From assembly GCA_964618725.1 (NCBI GenBank), contig CAZUBK010000002.1:209543-273542 (forward strand): a DNA stretch of 64,000 bases, written 5' to 3'. The DNA is from an uncultured Pseudomonadales bacterium. Lineage in GTDB: Bacteria > Patescibacteriota > Microgenomatia > UBA1400 > Chazhemtobacteraceae. The notes under the pieces were generated by a model that saw nothing but the letters and a program-made list of their open reading frames with translations, made no database searches and was not told the origin of the DNA. Below, one piece after another: positions 57,928 to 64,000 of this stretch (its first letter is position 1; every line of letters begins with the position of its first letter). The position numbers and the translations under genes were made by a program.

Positions 57928-59775
57928 ATGAAGGAATTAGGATTCGAAATACACCAGATAGTTGGAGTTGCCGATGGGAAGCATTGGTCACAAGTGCGGG
58001 TATTTTTGCCGGTAGATGATCAGGAGATTTCGACTGGGGGGGGGTTGATTCTGGTGATGAATCTTTTGGATGGGGGAGAACGGCAAGGGAATGAGTGGTT
58101 AGAGGAGGCGGTGGAACGATTTCAGACTTCGGAAGAAGGAAGAAAAGAGTGGTTACATAAGGAAGTGACTTTTTTTGAAGACAAGATTGGAGGTCAAGGA
58201 GAAATTCTCTTGGTGGTGGTAAAGAAGGAAGGAGAGGAAACAAGATTACATATTTATGGGGACGGTGAAGAAATGATGGTAGGAATCAGACGAGACAGAA
58301 GAAAGGGAAGATTGTGGCCCTTACAGGACCTTCGGCCAATAGATGGAGGCGGGGTAGTAACGGGTAAGTTAATCAACGGAGATGAATTAATAGTGGGAAC
58401 AAAGAGATTCGTGGAAGAAATATGGGAACAACTGAGAGGGGGTGGGGTTGAGGAAAGAACTGATCAGGCGAGACTGATGACGATTAACTCACCTTTAAGT
58501 GGTGACTTGGCGGGGGCTGTTGTGGTAGTAAAAGAAGTGGATAAATTTTCCAAGGATCATCGAAGAGAAGAACTGGTGGAACAAGAGGTAGAGGTGGAAG
58601 ATCGGACGACTAAGGAGCGTGAGCGACGGGAAAAATGGAGGGGATTTGTAGAGAAGCTGAGGGTGGGGGGGAGGCTACCAAAGATAGGAGCGGGTAGATG
58701 GCGAGGAGGAATACTTTTTATAGTGGTGTTGGCTTTGATAGTGAGCATTGGTTTGGGTTGGTGGCAAAAGCAACTGAAAGCTTACACTCAGAGCTACAAG
58801 ATGGTAGCGGATCCAATTGAACAGGCGATTGTGGAAGCGAGGGAATTGAGGGATCTTAATTTTCAGAGATCGAGAGGATTGGTTCTGCAGGCAAGAGATG
58901 ATTGGCAGAAGAGAGGGGATGAGTTCACTAATGGTCGTTTTGCTGATCAATGGAAACGCTTAGGAGAGGAAATTGAAACAGTTTGGAAGGAGGTATCAGG
59001 TGAGAAAAAAGTAGTGGGGGAAACTTGGTTTGATCTGGGGGTTGTAAGAGACGGAACAGAGATCATGGAAATGACAAAAGTGGGGAAAAAACTGGTGGTG
59101 TTAGATGAGAAGGCGGGAGTGGTAGTGGAAGTGGCTATAGAGGATAAAAGTGTAAGAGTGGTTGGAGGAGGAGATTTTGTGTCAACCGGGAGAAGGTTGG
59201 GAGGGGGAGAGGGGAGATTGGTGGTGTTGACTGAGAGTGGAGTGACTTCGGCTGAGATGAAGAAATGGCAGTTTGAGCGAGTGCTAAGTGAAGGAGAAGA
59301 TTGGAGAAGTAAGGTGGATGTGGACGCATATGGAAGCAATGTGTATGTTTTAGACAGAGAAGATCTGTGGAAGTATGCAGGAGACATTGATGGACTTGGG
59401 GTAAAGAGACGCTATTTTGGAGTAGGAGTTGAACCTGATTTGGGTCAGGCAGTGGACCTGGAGATTGACGGGGAAGTGTGGATATTGTTGAACTCGGGAA
59501 AGATTCTACGATTTGATCGGGGGGTAAGTGTTGCTTATGAAATGAAGGGGGTAAATGACTTTGGCAGTGTAGATGAAATGGTGGTAGGGGAAAAAGAGAT
59601 TTATGTTTTAGACAAGGGGAAGGGGAGGGTAGTAAGAATAGAACGGGAAACGGGGGAGTACAAAGGTGAGTTGTTGTGGGAAGGATTTAAGGAAGGGAGG
59701 GGATTGGTGGTTGATGAAGAGGGAGGAAGAGTTTTAGTCGGCAATGAAGGGAAAATCATGGAAGTAAGATGGTAG
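57928..59775 (+). CDS. hypothetical protein with central TM segment, Gly/Glu-rich
   Basis: 615-aa ORF. TM at GGILFIVVLALIVSIGLGWW. Confidence 0.5.
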   Translation: MKELGFEIHQIVGVADGKHWSQVRVFLPVDDQEISTGGGLILVMNLLDGGERQGNEWLEEAVERFQTSEEGRKEWLHKEVTFFEDKIGGQGEILLVVVKKEGEETRLHIYGDGEEMMVGIRRDRRKGRLWPLQDLRPIDGGGVVTGKLINGDELIVGTKRFVEEIWEQLRGGGVEERTDQARLMTINSPLSGDLAGAVVVVKEVDKFSKDHRREELVEQEVEVEDRTTKERERREKWRGFVEKLRVGGRLPKIGAGRWRGGILFIVVLALIVSIGLGWWQKQLKAYTQSYKMVADPIEQAIVEARELRDLNFQRSRGLVLQARDDWQKRGDEFTNGRFADQWKRLGEEIETVWKEVSGEKKVVGETWFDLGVVRDGTEIMEMTKVGKKLVVLDEKAGVVVEVAIEDKSVRVVGGGDFVSTGRRLGGGEGRLVVLTESGVTSAEMKKWQFERVLSEGEDWRSKVDVDAYGSNVYVLDREDLWKYAGDIDGLGVKRRYFGVGVEPDLGQAVDLEIDGEVWILLNSGKILRFDRGVSVAYEMKGVNDFGSVDEMVVGEKEIYVLDKGKGRVVRIERETGEYKGELLWEGFKEGRGLVVDEEGGRVLVGNEGKIMEVRW

Positions 59776-59804
59776 TAGGGTGGCTAATGGAGTAAAATGG
59801 TGCC

Positions 59805-60263
59805 ATGAAGGTAGTGAACAAGAGGGCATTACGAGATTTTGAAGTGCTTGAGACGTTTGAGGCGGGAATTGTTTTAAATGGAGGAGAAGTCAAGAGTGTG
59901 AAGCAGGGGTCGGTGAATTTTGCTGCATCTAGAGTAGTAATTGGATCAATGGAAGAAGGTAGGGAGGGGATCTGGTTGGTGGGCATGCTAATTAGTCCAT
60001 ATAAAAATGCACCGCAAGCAGACTATGACTCAACCAGATCACGAAAGTTGTTGTTGAAAAGAGAACAAATAGAGTATTTAGCGACAAAAATGAAGATAAA
60101 GGGTTTGACTGCAGTGCCTTTATCGTGCTATACTACGCGAGATCTGATAAAGATTGAGATAGCCTTGGTGAGAGGAAAAAAGCAATTTGAGAAGCGGGAA
60201 GAGGAAAAGAAACGAGAGGTGGAAAAGAATATTAGGCAAGTAGTTAAAAATCAGGGCAAATAA
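59805..60263 (+). CDS. smpB: SsrA-binding protein SmpB
   Basis: 152 aa. N-terminal NKRALRDFEVLETFEAGIVLNGGEVKS...NFAASRVVIG resembles SmpB. Basic C-terminal tail. Immediately upstream of the tmRNA. Confidence 0.9.
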   Translation: MKVVNKRALRDFEVLETFEAGIVLNGGEVKSVKQGSVNFAASRVVIGSMEEGREGIWLVGMLISPYKNAPQADYDSTRSRKLLLKREQIEYLATKMKIKGLTAVPLSCYTTRDLIKIEIALVRGKKQFEKREEEKKREVEKNIRQVVKNQGK

Positions 60264-60266
60264 AAG

Positions 60267-60515
60267 ATGGATAAATTTTGGAGTCAAGTAATGCCTGCCT
60301 GCGTAGCCGATTTCAATTGGGGAGGAGGTTTTTTGACTTTAGGGACAGAAGAGGCATGGGGGAAGTCTTCATTAAAGGATGTTTTGGTGGGACTAGATGA
60401 TGATGAATTCAATTTGTTTTTGGCTAGAGTAGTGATTAAGGCTTCAGGAATGGGCGTTGTAGGAGTGGACTTGACAGAAAAGGTGGCGTGGTTAAAGGAA
60501 CTAAGGAGTAGATAG
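60267..60515 (+). CDS. hypothetical small protein
   Basis: 82-aa ORF between smpB and the tmRNA. No motif. Confidence 0.3.
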   Translation: MDKFWSQVMPACVADFNWGGGFLTLGTEEAWGKSSLKDVLVGLDDDEFNLFLARVVIKASGMGVVGVDLTEKVAWLKELRSR

Positions 60516-60542
60516 TTGCAGTTGAGTTATCTTGTTATGGGA

Positions 60543-60571
60543 TTGATTTTCTTTTAAGGGTATGTTATATT
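60543..60571 (+). promoter_or_regulatory. candidate sigma70-like promoter for tmRNA precursor
   Basis: TTGATT (60543-60548), 17-nt spacer, TATATT (60566-60571). Confidence 0.3.
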
Positions 60572-60604
60572 GGTGGAGTCAACAAGGTTGACGAACATTG
60601 ACAT

Positions 60605-61004
60605 GGGGACGACAGGCTTTCGATGGAAAGCGGTTCAACAACGCCGGGTCGCCCTGCTGGTACAGGGCTAAAAGAGACCAGAAAAAAAGCTGAAGACAAA
60701 ATTTTATCAGCCGGTGACTTCTCTCCTCTTTATGAGGAAGAGGTTGCTCCTTCTTACGCTTACGCCTACGCGGCTTAATCAAGAGAGGCTTGTTTGAGAA
60801 GTGCATCTTAGGGCTAACTTAAACGAGGACATCAACTTAGGATTGCAGTCGTTAGAAACGATCGATCTAACGACCAAGAAACTGGATCAGTTCTGAAGGA
60901 GGTTTGCTTGTTTAGACTTCTTCAGAAAATAAAAACAGGCTAGGATCCGTAACAGTTGTATGAATATGTTTTTTCAGACGTGGGTTCGATTCCCACCGTC
61001 TCCA
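60605..61004 (+). ncRNA. ssrA: tmRNA (SsrA)
   Basis: 5' GGGGACG pairs with 3' CGTCTCC, including a G3:U wobble (Ala identity). Canonical T-arm GGGTTCGATTCCCAC, discriminator A. Internal tag frame ends ...YAYAYAA-TAA (stop 60776-60778). Adjacent to smpB. Confidence 0.85.
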
Positions 61005-61013
61005 CAAGTAAAA

Positions 61014-61040
61014 GAAGAAGGTTAACCCCTTCTTTTTTTG
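61014..61040 (+). terminator. Rho-independent terminator after tmRNA
   Basis: Hairpin gaagaagg-ttaacc-ccttcttt followed by a T-run. Confidence 0.55.
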
Positions 61041-61054
61041 GGTTAAGCTTGATT

Positions 61055-61678
61055 ATGGACTGGTTTTTGGATTTGTTGTTTCCTCGAACATGTTTGCTTT
61101 GTACTAAGGCGGGAAGGTTTGTTTGCGAGGCATGTAGACGAGGATTGTCTTTGGTGAGAGGAAAGAGGAAGTTGTGTGCGGAGCTGGAAAAATTGTTTGT
61201 GGTGTTTGATTATCGTCAGCCAGAGGTAAAAAAGCTAATTAAGGCGGTGAAGTATAGATTTTATAGAGGGGTGATTGGGGAGCTGATGCAAGAGATTGTT
61301 TGGGATGAAAGATTAAGGGAAGTTGAGCTAATTGTACCAATACCATTGCATCAAAGGCGAGAAAACTGGAGAGGGTTTAATCAGGCAAGAATAATTGGAG
61401 AAGTGTTGGCTGGGAGAATTGAAGTTTCGGTTTTAGACATATTGATGAGAACAAAAAATACGAGACCTTTAGCAGAGATGAAGAATCGGGAGCAACGAGA
61501 GAGGGAGATATCAGGGGTCTTTGAGGTAAGAAAAGGGGGAATGTCGAAGGGGATAAAAGGAAAAAGAATCTTGTTGGTGGATGATGTATGTACAAGTGGG
61601 GCGACAATGAGGGAAGCCGCAAGGATTTTGAAGGAGAGCGGAGTAGCTGAGGTGTGGGGGTTTGCCTTGGCGGGTTAA
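61055..61678 (+). CDS. comFC: ComF family protein (ComFC-like phosphoribosyltransferase domain)
   Basis: N-terminal Cys4 motif (CLLC...CEAC). C-terminal PRTase motif LLVDDVCTSGATM. Start at the ATG downstream of the tmRNA. Confidence 0.8.
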   Translation: MDWFLDLLFPRTCLLCTKAGRFVCEACRRGLSLVRGKRKLCAELEKLFVVFDYRQPEVKKLIKAVKYRFYRGVIGELMQEIVWDERLREVELIVPIPLHQRRENWRGFNQARIIGEVLAGRIEVSVLDILMRTKNTRPLAEMKNREQREREISGVFEVRKGGMSKGIKGKRILLVDDVCTSGATMREAARILKESGVAEVWGFALAG

Positions 61679-61754
61679 GGCGTGTGTTTAACATAGAAAT
61701 GATTTTGCTCCCATAGTAGCTTCGTACTATGGTTTTGATATAAAATATGGTAAA

Positions 61755-61838
61755 GGAGGGTTGGCCGAGTGGTTTATGGCGATAGTCTTGAAAACTATTG
61801 GGCGCAAGTCCGCACAGGTTCGAATCCTGTACCCTCCG
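61755..61838 (+). tRNA. tRNA-Ser (anticodon UGA), type II with long variable arm
   Basis: Acceptor GGAGGGT/ACCCTCC, D-arm TGGCCGAGTGG, anticodon loop CTTGAAA, variable arm gggcgcaagtccgca, T-arm GGTTCGAATCC, discriminator G. Confidence 0.9.
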
Positions 61839-61913
61839 CCCATTCGACTACGCTCAGGACGTCGCAGTTTAGCTCCGCCCATTCGACTGCTCTCAGGACG
61901 TCGCGATTCAAGT
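61836..61913. repeat. two degenerate 39-bp direct repeats beginning in the tRNA-Ser 3' end
   Basis: ccgcccattcgactacgctcaggacgtcgcag / ccgcccattcgactgctctcaggacgtcgcga. The second copy re-creates ctccgccc from the tRNA 3' end. Confidence 0.7.
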
Positions 61914-61966
61914 CCTTAATGCTTCGCCAAGAAACAAGGCAGATGTGGGACATCTGCCTTGAGTGT

Positions 61967-63460
61967 TTATAGTGTCTTTTGGACGGTTCCCGGGAAGCTT
62001 AGTGTTTGATGGACTTTCTTGGTGCGTTCATAAGATTTAATGACGCTAAGAACATCTTCAGTGGAGACGAGATCGGGATCTCGACCGAGACTTTGTTCGA
62101 GGACTTTTTCTTCCAAGACGCGGCGGACGATTTCGGCAATATCGGCGCCACTTAAGCCTTCTGTGGGTGAGGCGATCCTAAGAGGATCGTAATCTTTGCC
62201 AAGAAGAGTTCTGTTGGCAACTTTCTCCGCATTATGGAAGTGGATGCCAAAGATATGCATTATTCCTTCTTTATCTGGGAGGGGAACGTCGATGATGCAG
62301 TTGAAGCGTCCAGCTCGTTGAATGGCGGGGTCGATACTTTCTGGACGATTGGTAGCGGCAACAACCATAATGTTAGGGGAGGAGCTAATCTCGTTGAGAT
62401 TGATGAGTAGGGTGCTGATCACTCTTTGAGTGGCTTCGTGAGCCGTGCCACGATTAGGAGCAAAGGCATCGAGTTCGTCAAAGAAGAGGATGCATGGCCC
62501 TGCTTCTTCACGAACCATATCAAAGACAGCCTGCATGATTTTTTCTGACTGGCTGTACCACATAGAGAGGATATCGGCGATCTTGACTTGAAAGAGGCGG
62601 GCTTTGGTTTCTGAGGCCAAGGCCTTGGCAAGAAGCGTTTTACCGGTGCCTGGAGGGCCAACTAAGAGAACTCCTTGAGGAGGGGTCGTGCCCCAGGATT
62701 GATAGAGATCTAGATGGGTGAGAGCAGAGCTAATTTTAAACATCTCCTGCTTGGCTTCGATTTGGCCGCCAACGTCTTCGAAAGAGATACATGGATTTTC
62801 AATTTCGAGAACTTTCTTGAGAGCATCTTTGGAGATACCGCCATTAAGTTTGGAAAACAAGTCCTCGGCTTCAGTCTGAATGAGTTGGGGACGAAGATAG
62901 AGAGTGATGTCGGGAACTTGACTGGGAGAGATGTAAATTGAATTGACAACAGTTTCCAGGAGAGAGGCAAAACGGTTCAAGTCGGCGGTGAAGGCGTCAA
63001 GATCAGTGATGATTTTGGGGGGAAGACTATAGCTATTATAATCAGACTTGCCGGCCTCGACATAGAGCCAGTTGAAGGATCTTTCAGACCGAATGGTAAA
63101 TTCTTCTCTGTTTTGATTGTCGAGAACGATGATGGTGTCACCGACTTGTTTGATCAAGAAGGATCTTGAGATTTGAGGAGCAGAAATGGGAATTTCCTGG
63201 TGACGTAGATGGTCGTCAGACCGCCTGGCAGAGAAGATGGTGGCTTTCAGAGTATATGACTTGCCGTTACTTTGGCCAGCGACGGTAACTTTTTCAGCCG
63301 GTTGATTGAGGGGACAGCTACCGACCTCGTATGAAGTATGATAACTGTCGCCTTGCATGCTGTGGCGAATCTCGTTGGCGTGTTGAAATTGTTTAAAGAG
63401 TTTATCAATATCTTCTATGACGACGCGGAATTTGTTTTGAGGGGAAGCCCTTTCTTCCAT
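61967..63460 (-). CDS. AAA+ ATPase (CDC48/FtsH-type AAA module) with N-terminal substrate-binding-like domain
   Basis: Walker A GPPGTGKTLLAKA, Walker B ILFFDELDA, second region of homology ATNRPESIDPAIQRAGRF. Confidence 0.8.
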   Translation of the reverse strand: MEERASPQNKFRVVIEDIDKLFKQFQHANEIRHSMQGDSYHTSYEVGSCPLNQPAEKVTVAGQSNGKSYTLKATIFSARRSDDHLRHQEIPISAPQISRSFLIKQVGDTIIVLDNQNREEFTIRSERSFNWLYVEAGKSDYNSYSLPPKIITDLDAFTADLNRFASLLETVVNSIYISPSQVPDITLYLRPQLIQTEAEDLFSKLNGGISKDALKKVLEIENPCISFEDVGGQIEAKQEMFKISSALTHLDLYQSWGTTPPQGVLLVGPPGTGKTLLAKALASETKARLFQVKIADILSMWYSQSEKIMQAVFDMVREEAGPCILFFDELDAFAPNRGTAHEATQRVISTLLINLNEISSSPNIMVVAATNRPESIDPAIQRAGRFNCIIDVPLPDKEGIMHIFGIHFHNAEKVANRTLLGKDYDPLRIASPTEGLSGADIAEIVRRVLEEKVLEQSLGRDPDLVSTEDVLSVIKSYERTKKVHQTLSFPGTVQKTL

Positions 63461-63540
63461 TTAGAGTCCTTTCTGAAAATGTGCGAACTTATATATTTTC
63501 TTATTATACTTGATTTAAAAGGATCTGCACAGGAACCAAT

Positions 63541-63996
63541 ATGTGCTATGGTGAGAAGATGAAGACGACACAGAAGATATCATTGTTTTTGATGAGGGTA
63601 CTGCTTGGATGGATGTATTTGTATGCTGGTGTAACTAAAGTGATGAAGGCTGATTGGACGGCAGGGGGATACATTAAAGGGGTATTGTTGTATCAATGGA
63701 TGTTACAGCCAGAAGTTCTGTCGATAGTTAATTTTATGAATAAGTGGGGACTGACGTTACTGGGTATTTCCTTGATCTTGGGGGTGGGGATGAGGATAAG
63801 TGTGAGATTGGGAGTACTGTTGATGATTTTGTATTACATTCCGGTGATGAAGATGCCGTATGTAGACCAACACGTAGTTTATTCTTTAAGTCTTGTTTTG
63901 TTACTGGTATTTGGGGCGGATAAAGTGTGGGGGATGAGGGGGTGGTTGGAGGAAAAGAGATGGGTGAAGAAAAGCTTTCTTAAGTGGTTGGTTTGA
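63541..63996 (+). CDS. DoxX-like small polytopic membrane protein
   Basis: 4 TM helices. LGWMYLYAGVTKV motif resembles DoxX. The start may be the ATG 18 nt downstream. Confidence 0.5.
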   Translation: MCYGEKMKTTQKISLFLMRVLLGWMYLYAGVTKVMKADWTAGGYIKGVLLYQWMLQPEVLSIVNFMNKWGLTLLGISLILGVGMRISVRLGVLLMILYYIPVMKMPYVDQHVVYSLSLVLLLVFGADKVWGMRGWLEEKRWVKKSFLKWLV

Positions 63997-64000
63997 ATTC

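Noticed and set aside
35077-60500. Interpretation of the T4SS-like region as a classical integrative conjugative element
   Set aside because: No integrase, relaxase or oriT-like features were seen. The region is bounded by essential genes (dnaN, smpB), so a chromosomal host-interaction system is more parsimonious. The att-like repeats at tRNA-Ser lie outside the locus.

Overview
This ~64 kb chromosomal window is about 48% GC, gene-dense, and uses the standard genetic code (long intact ORFs end in TGA). The six-frame track reports TTG and GTG starts as M. Many encoded proteins are hypothetical, and several carry P/S/T-rich low-complexity linkers, which fits a reduced-genome bacterium; a CPR/Patescibacteria origin is my inference only. 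Housekeeping content: M23 peptidase; AlkA-like DNA glycosylase; groES-groEL (groES has a 48-bp tandem duplication at its 5' end); tsaD; valS (short, 685 aa); rplY; RNase HI; envelope polysaccharide genes (flippase plus Wzy/ligase-like); and the replication-origin neighbourhood jag-yidC-yidD-rnpA-rpmH | dnaA-dnaN with DnaA-box clusters. RNA and accessory content: smpB followed by tmRNA; comFC-like gene; tRNA-Ser(UGA) followed by two degenerate 39-bp direct repeats; AAA ATPase; a Phd/AbrB-Doc and a VapBC toxin-antitoxin pair. The main accessory feature is a type IV secretion (T4SS)-like locus at ~35.1-57.0 kb. It contains a VirB4-family ATPase split by a single in-frame TAA, a PrgI/VirB3-like membrane protein, a VirB6-like polytopic protein, and a 1337-aa Cys-rich secreted giant protein. 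It also has a tandem array of nine small paralogous membrane proteins with VirB2/TrbC-pilin-like architecture, a 978-aa membrane protein with a C-terminal HExxH zinc-peptidase motif, and a divergent SpoIID/LytB-like cell-wall hydrolase. A coupling-protein/HerA-like P-loop ATPase fused to S1 and Nudix-like regions lies ~25 kb away (7.7-10.9 kb). No integrase, relaxase, rRNA or CRISPR array was seen. All functional calls come from reading motifs in the ORF translations by eye; no database searches were run.
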